Shown here in pieces: positions 27,635 through 38,084 of a stretch of DNA of 64,000 nucleotides. Source of the DNA: Armatimonadota bacterium (GTDB lineage Bacteria; Armatimonadota; UBA5829; DSUL01); contig JAXGLP010000001.1 of NCBI GenBank assembly GCA_040769165.1, positions 1,091,165-1,155,164 of the forward strand, read 5' to 3'. Position 1 is the stretch's first letter, and each line of letters begins with the position of its first letter. The notes below the pieces were generated by a model. That model saw only the letters and a program-made list of their open reading frames with translations, was not told the origin of the DNA and did no database searches. The position numbers and the translations under genes are program-made.

Positions 27635-29607
27635 ACCTCGTTCCGCTTATTCCCCTGCTGCCTCTTCTCGGAAGCGTCGTTATCGCGTCCGCTGGCGCGC
27701 GGTTGCCGGGTAAGGGCGCGTATCTGGCTGTGGCGACCCTTGCGGCCTCATGGCTGATCTCGGCCGGAATCCTCATCGAGTCTCTGATCTCCGGGGGGCA
27801 TCCTCCGCAGTGGCACCGGTCGGTCGAGTGGCTGCTCACGGGTTCGGCGCCGGTGCGGATGGGCTTTGCTGTGGACGGGCTTGCGCTTGCGATGCTGCTT
27901 GTCGTCGCGACAGTCAGCCTTCTCGTCCACATCTACAGTATCGGGTATATGCACGGCGACCCGCGCTATCCGAGGTTCTTCTCGTTCCTGCAGTTTTTCA
28001 GCTTCAGCATGCTGACTCTGGTGCTGGCGGACAACCTGCTTCTGCTCTATATCGCGTGGGAGCTGGTCGGCCTCTCCAGCTACCTGCTGATCGGATTCTG
28101 GTTCGAGAAGCCGAGCGCCATGCGAGCCGCCAAAAAGGCGTTTGTCGTCACCCGTCTGGGTGATATCGGCCTCTTTCTGGGCCTGCTCACGCTGTACTCG
28201 GCTGTGGGCAGCATTGCGTTTGCCGACGTTTTCGCGGCTGTCGAGCCGAAGCTCGCCGTGACGAACGTCACGTTCTGGCTGCCTGTGGTTGGGCAGGTGG
28301 TGTGGCCGCTCGCCGCCGTGGCGGCGATTCTGATCTTCTTCGGGGCAGTCGGCAAGAGCGCTCAGTTTCCGCTGCACGTCTGGCTTCCGGATGCGATGGA
28401 AGGCCCGACTCCCGTTTCCGCTCTCATCCACGCCGCCACGATGGTGGCCGCGGGGGTCTATCTGGTCGCGCGCATGTATCCCGTGTTCCACTACACCGAC
28501 CACGGCAGCATCGCGCTGCAGTTCGTCGCCATCACAGGATGCGTCACGGCGCTTCTGGCGGCGACAATCGGCATTGTTGTCAACGACATCAAGCGTGTTC
28601 TCGCATACTCTACCGTCAGCCAGCTCGGATATATGATGATGGGTCTGGGGGTGGGGGGCTACACCGCCGGGATGTTTCACCTGTTCACCCACGCGTTCTT
28701 CAAGGCGTGTCTCTTTCTGGGGAGCGGCTCGGTGATACACGGGTCGGGGACTCAGGACATCCACGAGATGGGCGGGCTGGCCAGGAAGATGCCGCGAACC
28801 TACTGGACCTTCGTACTCGCTACCCTCGCGCTGGCCGGGGTGTTTCCGCTTGCCGGCTTCTGGAGCAAGGACGAGATCCTGCTGGAAGCCTTCCATACGA
28901 TGCGGCCGGTGTTCTGGGTGGGCCTGGCGGGGGCCGCGATGACGGCCTTCTATATGGGTCGCCTCGTGATCCTGACATTCCTCGGCAGCCCGCGCAAGCC
29001 GGAGGTCCAGCCCCACGAAAGCCCGGGCGTGATGACCTGGCCTCTCATCGTCCTGTCTTTTCTGTCGGTGACGGCAGGGCTGGCGAACACACCGTGGAAG
29101 CCGATCTTCCATCATTACGTCTCGTTCGGGCACGAGGCGCCGCTGCCGTTCTCGTTCACAGTTATGCTTGCGGGAACCGTAGCGGCCCTGGCTGGCTTTC
29201 TCGGGGCTTTCGCCGTATTCCGCTGGAACTGGGTGTCAGCCGCCGCTTTGAAGAGAGCGTTCCGGCCGCTCTACGTGCTGTTCAAGAACAAGTGGTATGT
29301 GGACGAGATTCTGTACGGCGTCCTGGTCGTCCCGATGTTCGTGGTGTGCCGCGTCGCCGCTGCATTCGACCGCGGTGTGGTTGACGGGGTGGTGAACCTC
29401 GTGGGCTATGTTACCATCGGCCTCTCGTGGATGCATAACTGGGTGGATCGCTGGATCGTGGACGGGCTTGTGAACCTGACCGGCATTGCCTGCCGCCAGT
29501 CGGGCAGGGCGCTGACAAAGCTGCAGACAGGGCTGGCGCAGACGAACATCCTGCTCGCCTTCGCGGGGGTCATCCTTATCATCTGGGCGCTGGTGTACGG
29601 GCAATGA
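27628..29607 (+). CDS. nuoL: NADH-quinone oxidoreductase subunit L
   Basis: [53 protein letters not shown]. Confidence 0.97.
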   Translation: MVNLVPLIPLLPLLGSVVIASAGARLPGKGAYLAVATLAASWLISAGILIESLISGGHPPQWHRSVEWLLTGSAPVRMGFAVDGLALAMLLVVATVSLLVHIYSIGYMHGDPRYPRFFSFLQFFSFSMLTLVLADNLLLLYIAWELVGLSSYLLIGFWFEKPSAMRAAKKAFVVTRLGDIGLFLGLLTLYSAVGSIAFADVFAAVEPKLAVTNVTFWLPVVGQVVWPLAAVAAILIFFGAVGKSAQFPLHVWLPDAMEGPTPVSALIHAATMVAAGVYLVARMYPVFHYTDHGSIALQFVAITGCVTALLAATIGIVVNDIKRVLAYSTVSQLGYMMMGLGVGGYTAGMFHLFTHAFFKACLFLGSGSVIHGSGTQDIHEMGGLARKMPRTYWTFVLATLALAGVFPLAGFWSKDEILLEAFHTMRPVFWVGLAGAAMTAFYMGRLVILTFLGSPRKPEVQPHESPGVMTWPLIVLSFLSVTAGLANTPWKPIFHHYVSFGHEAPLPFSFTVMLAGTVAALAGFLGAFAVFRWNWVSAAALKRAFRPLYVLFKNKWYVDEILYGVLVVPMFVVCRVAAAFDRGVVDGVVNLVGYVTIGLSWMHNWVDRWIVDGLVNLTGIACRQSGRALTKLQTGLAQTNILLAFAGVILIIWALVYGQ

Positions 29608-29647
29608 GAGCTTCGTTTGTGGGCTGTGAATCTGATTACGGATCGAG

Positions 29648-31159
29648 GTGCAGATGGATCGCTGGGTGCTGACAGTCATCACGTTCCTTCCTCTGGGGCT
29701 GCTCGCGGCGGTTCTGTTCGTGCCGGGCCGCAGACCAAACGTCATCCGCTGGCTCTCCATCGCCGGGAGCCTGGTTCCTCTGGCGCTTTCGGCGTGGCTG
29801 TGGCTGGACTACAGCGGAGGGGCGCACGGCCTGCAGTACGCGGTGAACAGGCCGTGGATTCCCCTCATCGGCGTGAACTACCACGTTGGCGCCGACGGCC
29901 TCAGCGTCCCGATGATCTTTCTCACGACGCTTCTGACGACCATATCCCTCATATACTCGCTGAATATCAAGGAGCGGGTGAAGGAGTTCTACTGCCTCTT
30001 CTTGCTGCTCGAAACCGGGATGCTCGGCGTATTCGTTGCGCTCGACTACTTCCTGTTCTACGTGTTCTGGGAAGTCAGCCTTGTGCCGATGTACTTCCTC
30101 ATCGGAATCTGGGGCGGGCCCCGGCGCGAGTACGCCGCGATCAAGTTCTTCCTGTACACGCTGGTTGGAAGCGTCGCGATGCTCCTTGCCATCCTCGCGA
30201 TGTACTTCGCCACGGGAGCGAGGACATTCGATATCATCGCCATCGCGGGCGCGCAGCCGTTTGCCGGACAGATGGCTCTGCAGGGCCTGGTGTTCTGGGC
30301 TCTGTTCCTGGGCTTTGCCATCAAGGTGCCTGTGTGGCCGTTCCACACCTGGCTTACGGATGCGCACGTCGAAGCCCCCACGGCAGGGAGCGTCATTCTG
30401 GCGGGTGTGCTGCTGAAGATGGGCTGCTACGGTTTCCTCCGGATTGTGCTCCCGACACTGCCCGAAGCGGCTCAGCAGTATGCAGTCTGGGTGGCGGTGC
30501 TGGCGCTGATCAGCATCGTGTACGGCGCGTTTGTGGCGATGGCGCAGATGGACTTCAAGAAGCTGATCGCATACTCGTCCGTCAACCACATGGGTTATGT
30601 GATGCTCGGTATTGCCGCCGCCTGCTCGCTCGGGCCGGCGAACCTCTCCGACCGTGCCACGGCGCTGAACGGCGCAATGCTGCAGATGTTCTCGCACGGC
30701 GTCATCACAGGCGCCCTGTTCCTGCTTGTCGGGGTGGTCTACGAGCGGGCGCACACGCGCGATCTACGGGAGTTCGGCGGGCTGGGGGCCGTGATGGCGA
30801 AGTACTCGGTTCTCCTCTGGATGTCCTGTTTCGCATCTCTGGGGCTTCCGGGTATGAGCGGCTTCGTGGCGGAGTTCTTCGTGTTTCGGGGCGCGTTCCC
30901 GGCGTATCTGCTGATCACCTGCCTCTCCATGATCGGGTTGGTGGTGACCGCGGCCTACCTGCTCTGGACCATCCAGAGAGTGCTGCTGGGGCCGGTGAAC
31001 CCGAAGTGGGCCGGCCTGAAGGACATGGACTGGCGCGAGATTGTGAGCGTTGTCCCGCTGATTGCACTGATGATACTGTTCGGAGTCTATCCGGCTCCGA
31101 TATTCCGGATTCTCAACGGTTACGCCACAGGGCTGGCGTCGTACTTCGTGGGGGGATAG
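29648..31159 (+). CDS. nuoM: NADH-quinone oxidoreductase subunit M
   Basis: FWEVSLVPMYFLI, KVPVWPFHTWL.DAHVEAPT, LLKMG.YG, KKLIAYSSV.HMG. Confidence 0.97.
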   Translation: MQMDRWVLTVITFLPLGLLAAVLFVPGRRPNVIRWLSIAGSLVPLALSAWLWLDYSGGAHGLQYAVNRPWIPLIGVNYHVGADGLSVPMIFLTTLLTTISLIYSLNIKERVKEFYCLFLLLETGMLGVFVALDYFLFYVFWEVSLVPMYFLIGIWGGPRREYAAIKFFLYTLVGSVAMLLAILAMYFATGARTFDIIAIAGAQPFAGQMALQGLVFWALFLGFAIKVPVWPFHTWLTDAHVEAPTAGSVILAGVLLKMGCYGFLRIVLPTLPEAAQQYAVWVAVLALISIVYGAFVAMAQMDFKKLIAYSSVNHMGYVMLGIAAACSLGPANLSDRATALNGAMLQMFSHGVITGALFLLVGVVYERAHTRDLREFGGLGAVMAKYSVLLWMSCFASLGLPGMSGFVAEFFVFRGAFPAYLLITCLSMIGLVVTAAYLLWTIQRVLLGPVNPKWAGLKDMDWREIVSVVPLIALMILFGVYPAPIFRILNGYATGLASYFVGG

Positions 31160-31174
31160 GACGGGACGAGCGCA

Positions 31175-32680
31175 ATGTCTGACTTCCAGTTGAGCCTCCT
31201 CCTTCCCCAGGTCTTCCTGCTGGTGTTCGGCCTGCTTGCGCTCGCCGTGGGCCTGTGGAGCGCCAGCGACGGCTGGCTGTGGCACAGCCTGACGCCGGGG
31301 CTGATGGCAGTCGCCGGGCTACTGCTGGCGATGTACGGCCAGATTGCGATTGTCCTGTGGCTTCTTCCGCGTTTCCGCCCGCTTCCGGTGACGCAGCTTT
31401 CCGGGGCTCTCACGATTGATGCCGCCGGGACTGCGTTCGGGCTTCTGGCTTGTCTCGGAACCCTCGTTGTCGTCGTGATGTCCATGGAGCATCTGAGCGG
31501 CGATACCAGGAATCAGGGGGAGTACTACTTTCTGCTTCTGTGCGCATGCGGGGCGGCGACCATCGCCGCTCTGGCGGCGGACCTGCTGATAGTCTACCTC
31601 GGCATCGAATTCCTCGGCATCTGCTCGTATGCATTGGCGGGATTCTCGAAAAGCGAGGACAGGGCGGTTGAGGCGGCGCTCAAGTACTTCCTTTTCGGGA
31701 GCGCATGTTCCGCCGCCATGCTGTTCGGCATGAGCCTGTTGTTCGGGGTGACGGGTACGCTGAGCCTCGAGAAGATCGGCGAGCGCCTTGCGGTTGGCGG
31801 TTTGCCTGAGCCGGTTCTGTGGGTCGCGCTGGTTTTGATGTTCGCTGGATTCGGCTTCAAGCTGGCAGCGGCCCCGTTCCATTTCTGGGCGCCGGACGTG
31901 TACGAGGGCGCGCCGACGCCGGTGACCGCCTTCCTTTCCGTTGTCTCGAAGGCGGCCGGTCTGGCTGTGCTCCTTCGCTTCCTCTGGACCGCTCTGCCTT
32001 ACGGCCCCAACTGGCTCGGGCTGATGGTCGCGGCCTCTGCGATCTCGATGACCCTCGGTAACCTCGCGGCCATTCCTCAGCGGAACATCAAGCGGATGCT
32101 GGCGTACTCCTCCATCGCGCAGGCCGGATATCTGCTCATCGGCTACGCAGCGCTGGGGGCAGATCTCGCGAACCCCGGCGGGATCGCCGTGCCGGGCATT
32201 CTCGTCTACCTGCTCGCCTACCTTCTGGCGAATCTGGGGCTGTTTGCGTGTGTCGTAGCCGTCGGGCGGGCGGCTTCGTCGGACGAGATATGGGCTTATG
32301 AGGGAATGATGCGGCGCTCGCCCGTGATCGCTGTTTCGATGGTTGTCTTCTTCCTTTCGCTCGCCGGCATTCCGCCAACGCTCGGCTTTGCAGGCAAGTT
32401 CTATATCTTCGCCGCTGCCATACAAAGCAGGTCGCTGGCGCTCTGGTGCCTGGCGGCGCTGGGTGTGGCAAACAGCGTGGTATCCGTGTACTATTATTTC
32501 AACGTTACGCGGACCATGTTCTTCAATGATCCCCCTGAAGATGAGCACCTCCAACTGCACCCCGCTTCGTTCTGGGCCATCGCAACCACGGCGGTGGCAT
32601 CCATCGTCCTGCTTCTGCTCCTCAACCCTGTGGGGCGCTGGGCGGCGGCGAATGCGTGGATGTCTTTCACGCCCCGCTGA
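31175..32680 (+). CDS. nuoN: NADH-quinone oxidoreductase subunit N
   Basis: EAALKYF, FKLAAAPFHFWAPDVYEGAPTP, KRMLAYSSIAQAGY, SLAGIPP..GF.GKF. Confidence 0.97.
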   Translation: MSDFQLSLLLPQVFLLVFGLLALAVGLWSASDGWLWHSLTPGLMAVAGLLLAMYGQIAIVLWLLPRFRPLPVTQLSGALTIDAAGTAFGLLACLGTLVVVVMSMEHLSGDTRNQGEYYFLLLCACGAATIAALAADLLIVYLGIEFLGICSYALAGFSKSEDRAVEAALKYFLFGSACSAAMLFGMSLLFGVTGTLSLEKIGERLAVGGLPEPVLWVALVLMFAGFGFKLAAAPFHFWAPDVYEGAPTPVTAFLSVVSKAAGLAVLLRFLWTALPYGPNWLGLMVAASAISMTLGNLAAIPQRNIKRMLAYSSIAQAGYLLIGYAALGADLANPGGIAVPGILVYLLAYLLANLGLFACVVAVGRAASSDEIWAYEGMMRRSPVIAVSMVVFFLSLAGIPPTLGFAGKFYIFAAAIQSRSLALWCLAALGVANSVVSVYYYFNVTRTMFFNDPPEDEHLQLHPASFWAIATTAVASIVLLLLLNPVGRWAAANAWMSFTPR

Positions 32681-32701
32681 CACAGCGGCGCGAGCCGGGT
32701 C

Positions 32702-33481
32702 GTGAGCCAGTTTTGCGACAGGGCGTGCCCTTCGGATGGCGTGACCGAGAAGCGCCCCGTTTCGGCGGAGCAGTTCTTCGCTCCGGGGAACAAAGCGGGC
32801 TTCGTCAGGGATGTGTTCGACCGTATTGCCGGGCGCTACGACCTTCTGAACACCGTCACCAGCTTCGGGATGCACCGCCGGTGGCGTTCGCGAGCTATCG
32901 CCCTTACGCAGCTCCCGCCCGGCGGCACGGCTTTGGACATTGCCTGTGGAACGGGCGACTTCCTTCCGGGCCTGCGAAAGCGAGCCGGGAGCGAAGGGCA
33001 GGTGCTCGGTCTGGACTTCAGCGTGCCCATGCTTGCAGTCGCAAAGGAGAAGCTGCGCAAGCGATCGGTGGATGCGCTTCTCCTCAGGGGTGATGCGGAA
33101 AAGCTCCCTTTTCAGTCAGAATCCATCAACGCGGTCACGATCGGGTTCGCGCTCCGGAACCTCACGGATATGGAGCGGGCCTTTCGTGAAATGCACCGCG
33201 TTCTGGCTGTTGGCGGCAGAGCGGTGGCGCTGGAGATAGCGCGCCCTGGCTGGTGGCCGTACAGGCCGCTCTTTCTGCTCTATTTCGAGCGGTTGTTGCC
33301 GCGCCTGGCGGCATGGTTCGGCGGAGAAGAGCTGGCCTATCGCTGGCTGCCGGCATCGCTTGCCGCGTTCTGTTCGCGCAGGGGTGTCGTCACACACATG
33401 GAGCGCGCGGGCTTCTCGAAGGTAAGAACTGAAGACTTGGCTGCAGGCGCAGTATGCATATACATCGGGGAGAAGGAATGA
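32702..33481 (+). CDS. menG: UbiE/MenG-family demethylmenaquinone methyltransferase
   Basis: FDRIAGRYDLLN..SFGMH..W, LDIACGTGD, GDAEKLPF, IGFALRN. Confidence 0.92.
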   Translation: MSQFCDRACPSDGVTEKRPVSAEQFFAPGNKAGFVRDVFDRIAGRYDLLNTVTSFGMHRRWRSRAIALTQLPPGGTALDIACGTGDFLPGLRKRAGSEGQVLGLDFSVPMLAVAKEKLRKRSVDALLLRGDAEKLPFQSESINAVTIGFALRNLTDMERAFREMHRVLAVGGRAVALEIARPGWWPYRPLFLLYFERLLPRLAAWFGGEELAYRWLPASLAAFCSRRGVVTHMERAGFSKVRTEDLAAGAVCIYIGEKE

Positions 33482-34482
33482 GCGCAGTCGGGCGTTCCGT
33501 TCGGCTGGGACCACCATGGCTTGAGTTCCTGGAAGGATCTCTGGCCCAGGTAGAGGCGATCCTCCACGAAGAAGTCTCGTCACCCATACGCGCCATCGAG
33601 TCCATGTGCACCCGCTCGCTGGAGGCCGGCGGCAAGAGACTGCGTCCGGCACTCGTGATTCTGGGCGCCCTCGCGTGCGATTCTGATGCGGATGTGTCCC
33701 GTCCTGTTCGTCTGGGCGCCGCCGTGGAGCTTCTTCATCTCGCCACACTCATCCACGATGACGTTGTTGACGGGGCCGAGTCCCGCAGAGGCACTCCGAG
33801 CGCCAACGCCGTTTATGGCAATAAGGTATCGGTGCTCGTAGGCGACTACTTGCTGGCGCGGGCGTTCAGGATTCTTGCTAACGACGGTGACAGCCGAATC
33901 TTCAAGCGAATGGCTGACGTCGGCGGAGCGCTGAGCGAGGGCGAGATTCTGGAACTCGTGATGCGGGGCACGCTTGGCGAACTGGAGTCGCTGTACTGGC
34001 AGATGATCAAGCGCAAGACCTCGAAACTGCTGGCGGCGTGTCTGGAGGTCGGTAGCATCTCAATCGGCGCGAGCGAACCCGAGATCGAAGCGCTGGCGTC
34101 ATTCGGCGAGCGTCTCGGTCTGGTCTTCCAGATCACGGACGATCTGCTGGACCTGACCGGCGACCGTGCTTCTGTCGGCAAGCCGGTGGGAGCCGATCTG
34201 CTGGACGGCAAGGTTACGCTTCCCTACATTCTGGCGCTCCGCGAGATACCGTCTGAGGTCGCTGACAGCATTCTGGAGAAGGTTTTCAACAGAGGCATTC
34301 AGCCGGACGACGTCAAATACGTCACGGCGCGGGCGCTGTCCGCCGGGGTGCCGGAGCGGTGCCTGAAGCTGGCCGAGGAGCAACTGGACATGGCGCTCAG
34401 GCATCTCAGCCATCTGCCTTCCACCCCCGCCAAGGCGGTTCTCGAGGACATCGGACCCTACCTGCTCACGCGCAGTTTCTGA
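33478..34482 (+). CDS. Polyprenyl diphosphate synthase (HepT/IspB-like)
   Basis: GGKRLRP, HDDVVD (first Asp-rich motif), FQITDDLLD (second), GKP.G.DL.DGK.TLP. Confidence 0.95.
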   Translation: MSAVGRSVRLGPPWLEFLEGSLAQVEAILHEEVSSPIRAIESMCTRSLEAGGKRLRPALVILGALACDSDADVSRPVRLGAAVELLHLATLIHDDVVDGAESRRGTPSANAVYGNKVSVLVGDYLLARAFRILANDGDSRIFKRMADVGGALSEGEILELVMRGTLGELESLYWQMIKRKTSKLLAACLEVGSISIGASEPEIEALASFGERLGLVFQITDDLLDLTGDRASVGKPVGADLLDGKVTLPYILALREIPSEVADSILEKVFNRGIQPDDVKYVTARALSAGVPERCLKLAEEQLDMALRHLSHLPSTPAKAVLEDIGPYLLTRSF

Positions 34483-34487
34483 GCGGG

Positions 34488-35531
34488 CTATCCGGCGCTC
34501 TTGATGTGCTGCCAGATCTCCTTGAGCTGAACCGGCCTCCCCTCGGAGGCGCTCCGGTCCAGGGCGAACGCGACCGCGTGCGTGTGCGCCGCATCCGCGA
34601 GGCTCAGCTCGGCATCCTTGCCCGCCAGGATGCTTCCGACGAAGTCGGCGATCTCTCCGTCAAACGGATGGTGAGTAACGTCGCCGGAGTCCGGACGGAT
34701 AGTCGGCACCTCAACCCAGTCCGTCGCTCCCGGGAACAACTCCGCGGCGAAGATACGGTTGTCGCGGATTGCGCCTTTGTCCCCCAGCAGGTCTATGTTG
34801 AAGGTGTACGGGCATTTGTTGTCGAGGCAGGATGAGAGCTTGCCCACGGCCCCGCCCCTGAACTTCACGACACCGACGCAGGTCGTGGGGTATTCGTAAT
34901 CCGGGTTCGTCTGCACCTGGTAGGCCGAGACCTCTTCGATCTCATCTTGCAAGAACCACCGAAGCGCGTCCACGGCATGAATGCCCGCCGAGAGGAACGA
35001 GCTGCCGGCGATTTCCTTCTTTATGTTCCAGCGGTACTGCGCGTAGTGCGGCCCGATGTTGTGCCAGTAGTCCGCCTCCGCGTAGAAGACTTTTCCTATC
35101 GAGGATTGCTCCATCATCCTTCTGATCCAGATGAACTGCGGGTTCCAGTGGAGGACGAAGCTGACCAGAGTGCGGACGTTCGCGCTCTCGACGGCGGCAA
35201 GCATGCGCCCGAGCGACAGCGGATCGTTCGCGGCGGCTTTCTCAATCAGAATGTGCTTTCCGGCTTCCGCCGCCAGAATCGTCTGCTCCGGGTGCAGGTT
35301 CGGGGGACTGCAGAGCGAGACAGCGCCGATGCCCGGGTCCGCGAGCATCTCGGCATACGACTCGTAGATATTGACGTCTGTGAGTCCGCACGCCCGCGCC
35401 TTCGCCTCGGCTCCTTCTCTGGTGCGGCTGCAGATGCCCGCGACCCTGCTGTGCGGGTGCATGTTGAACGACCTGATGTGCTCGCCGGCTACCCATCCGG
35501 CCCCGACGATACCGACTCCGATTTCTGTCAT
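34488..35531 (-). CDS. Gfo/Idh/MocA-family oxidoreductase
   Basis: GIVGAGWVA Rossmann motif, GKHILIEK, GIHAVD. Confidence 0.92.
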   Translation of the reverse strand: MTEIGVGIVGAGWVAGEHIRSFNMHPHSRVAGICSRTREGAEAKARACGLTDVNIYESYAEMLADPGIGAVSLCSPPNLHPEQTILAAEAGKHILIEKAAANDPLSLGRMLAAVESANVRTLVSFVLHWNPQFIWIRRMMEQSSIGKVFYAEADYWHNIGPHYAQYRWNIKKEIAGSSFLSAGIHAVDALRWFLQDEIEEVSAYQVQTNPDYEYPTTCVGVVKFRGGAVGKLSSCLDNKCPYTFNIDLLGDKGAIRDNRIFAAELFPGATDWVEVPTIRPDSGDVTHHPFDGEIADFVGSILAGKDAELSLADAAHTHAVAFALDRSASEGRPVQLKEIWQHIKSAG

Positions 35532-35621
35532 CTCGCTTGTCCTCTTTTGGCGACGTTTCCGGCTACTGGCAGTGTTCGCCGTGGAAGGCCGGTTCCCTTC
35601 CCGCCGGTAGCTCGAAGAGAG

Positions 35622-37139
35622 TCATCCGGAGGCGCCAAGGCCGTAGATCGCGCCGTATTTCTTCTTGAGGTAGCTGACATAGGGTGCGGCGCTCGGAGGG
35701 TTGCCGGTGATTCGCATGGCAAGCTCGTCTGCCGTGAACTTGCTGCCGTGCCGGTAGATGTTATCCCTCAGCCAGCCGAGAAGCGCTGCGAACTCGCCGC
35801 GTTCGATGTCTGATGGAATCTCCGGATGCGCGCGGGTGGCGGCATCCATGAACAGCGCGGCGAACACGTTGCCGAGCGTGTATCCCTGGAAGGCGCCTCC
35901 GATGATTCCGCCGAACCAGTGAACATCCTGCAGCACGCCGTCACGATTGTCAGGCGGCAGGACTCCGAGATCGCTCCTGTATCGCTCGTTCCACGCCTCG
36001 GGCAGGTCGCGGACGGCGAGCTTGCCCTCCAGCATCGCGGTCTCAAGATCGAAACGGATCATCACATGCAGGTTGTATGTCAGTTCGTCCGCCTCTGTTC
36101 GTATCAGCGACGGCTCCACGCTGTTGACCGCGCGGTAGAAGTCGTCCAGTGTCACGCCAGACAACTGGCCGGGAAACGCGCTTTGCAGGGCGGGGTAGAA
36201 GAACGTCCAGAAATGCCTGCTTCGGCCCACTACGTTCTCCCACAGCCGGGACTGACTTTCGTGAATGCCCGATGATGTGCCGTGCGCCAGAGGCGTTCCG
36301 TCGAACGAGGCGTCTATGCCCTGCTCGTACATAGCGTGCCCGGACTCATGGATCGTGCCGAAGAGCGCCTCGCCAAGGTCGTTTTCGCGCACCCTGGTTG
36401 TTATCCGGACGTCTCCCAGCGAGAACTTGATCATGTACGGATGGTGCGTCAGGTCTTGCCGTCCCCGGCTGAAGTCGTAGCCAAGGCGCTCGATGACCTG
36501 GCGTCCGAACTCGAGCTGGTCTGCCGTCGCGAAAGGCCCTGTGAGACAGGTGTCGTCAACCGGTCCGGCTTCAGCCACGGCGCGCACGAGCGGCACCAGT
36601 TCGCCGCGCAGTTCCGCGAACAGCTTGCGAAGAGAAGCCACGGTCATTCCCTCGTCCTCGAACTCAATGAGAGGGTCAGCGATGTGATCGTAGCCCGGGT
36701 AGAAGCCCGCCAGTTCGCGGCTCATATCGAGGGTCTTCTCCAACAATGGACGAACGCGAGCGAAGTCGTTCGCGGGCCGCGCCTGCGTCCATTCCTGATA
36801 CGTGTGGGCGCAATGAACGGCCAGTGCCTCCTGAAACGCGACCGGGATGCGCGACTCCCTCTCGTACTGCTTGCGTGTGACGCGAATCAGACTTGCGTCG
36901 TCCGAGTCGTAAGGGAGGCTCTGCTCGTACTCGCGCAGGTCCTCGAGCATTTCGCCGATTGCCATCTGAATGAAGCGTTCGTGAGCCAGCCGCTCCAGAA
37001 GGCTGATTTGTCGCGCCCGTGAATCTGCTCCACCCGCAGGCATGTATGTCGTCTGGTCCCAGTGAAGGACGGCCGCCGCCGATCTCAGGTCGGAGACCTC
37101 TGTCAGCATCCCACGCAGTTCCTGAAGCCGTTTGTGCAT
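35622..37139 (-). CDS. Carboxypeptidase, M32 (Taq) family
   Basis: WDQTTYMP, DVRITTR, HESGHAMYEQ (HEXXH), HESQSRLWEN, IRTEADE, GVLQDVHW. Confidence 0.96.
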   Translation of the reverse strand: MHKRLQELRGMLTEVSDLRSAAAVLHWDQTTYMPAGGADSRARQISLLERLAHERFIQMAIGEMLEDLREYEQSLPYDSDDASLIRVTRKQYERESRIPVAFQEALAVHCAHTYQEWTQARPANDFARVRPLLEKTLDMSRELAGFYPGYDHIADPLIEFEDEGMTVASLRKLFAELRGELVPLVRAVAEAGPVDDTCLTGPFATADQLEFGRQVIERLGYDFSRGRQDLTHHPYMIKFSLGDVRITTRVRENDLGEALFGTIHESGHAMYEQGIDASFDGTPLAHGTSSGIHESQSRLWENVVGRSRHFWTFFYPALQSAFPGQLSGVTLDDFYRAVNSVEPSLIRTEADELTYNLHVMIRFDLETAMLEGKLAVRDLPEAWNERYRSDLGVLPPDNRDGVLQDVHWFGGIIGGAFQGYTLGNVFAALFMDAATRAHPEIPSDIERGEFAALLGWLRDNIYRHGSKFTADELAMRITGNPPSAAPYVSYLKKKYGAIYGLGASG

Positions 37140-37302
37140 TGCTGCTCCTCTGCTGTTATCTGCGATTACACTTTGCCAGACTGCGCCAGGCCTCCTTCAC
37201 GAACACCGGATGTAGGCTACGTGCTGCCTTGCAGGGCCGCGGCTCCCCGGAGTGTCGGGAACCGCCGTGTGCCGCCGCTTCTGGTATGGTACAATGATGC
37301 CT

Positions 37303-38046
37303 ATGATCATCAGTTTGGATGGGAAGACCGCCATGGTAACCGGGGCGGCGAGCGGAATCGGACGGGCCATCTCTGAGGCGCTCCAAAGCGCGGGAGCGCG
37401 AGTCGCTATCGCCGATGTGGACTTCGAGGGCGCGCAGGCAGCCGCCGAGGCCCTCGGAGAAGGGGCCTCGGCCGTGTGCCTCGATGTATCGGACGTTCAG
37501 CAGTGCAGACAGGCGTTCGCGGAAGTGATCCGGTCGTACGGCCAACTCGACATCCTTGTCAACAACGCCGGTATCTGCCCCCTGCGGCCCATTGACGAGG
37601 TGGACGAGGCGTTCTTCGACCGGCTTGTTGCCGTGAATCTGCGGGGCACGTTCTTTCTTTCGCAGGCGGCGGCAACCCACATGCGCGCGCGTGAAACGGG
37701 CCGCATCATCAACATCGGCTCCGTTGGCGGCAAAACGGGCGGGTACGCGGACAACTCCATTTACTGCCTGACGAAGGCCGCCATCTTCTCGATGACGAAG
37801 AGCTTCGCGAAGTTCCTTGCTCCTTACGGAACGGCAAATACGATAGCCCCCACGACCACGCGAACCGCGCTGACTGAGGGCTGGAACGATACGGCGCTGC
37901 TCGAAGAACTCAGGGCGACGATCCCGCTGGGGCGGCTGGGCGTCCCGGAGGACATCGCTGGCGCAGCAGTGTTTCTCGCGTCGGAGCACGCGGCTTTCAT
38001 CACGGGCGCGACGATTGATATCAACGGCGGGATGCGCATGGACTGA
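37303..38046 (+). CDS. SDR-family oxidoreductase (FabG-like)
   Basis: TGAASGIG, LVNNAGI, YCLTK (YxxxK), IPLGRLG, ITGATIDINGG. Confidence 0.92.
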   Translation: MIISLDGKTAMVTGAASGIGRAISEALQSAGARVAIADVDFEGAQAAAEALGEGASAVCLDVSDVQQCRQAFAEVIRSYGQLDILVNNAGICPLRPIDEVDEAFFDRLVAVNLRGTFFLSQAAATHMRARETGRIINIGSVGGKTGGYADNSIYCLTKAAIFSMTKSFAKFLAPYGTANTIAPTTTRTALTEGWNDTALLEELRATIPLGRLGVPEDIAGAAVFLASEHAAFITGATIDINGGMRMD

Positions 38047-38084
38047 ACGCACCAGGCGCAGCGGAAGGCAGGCAGGCAGGCAGA

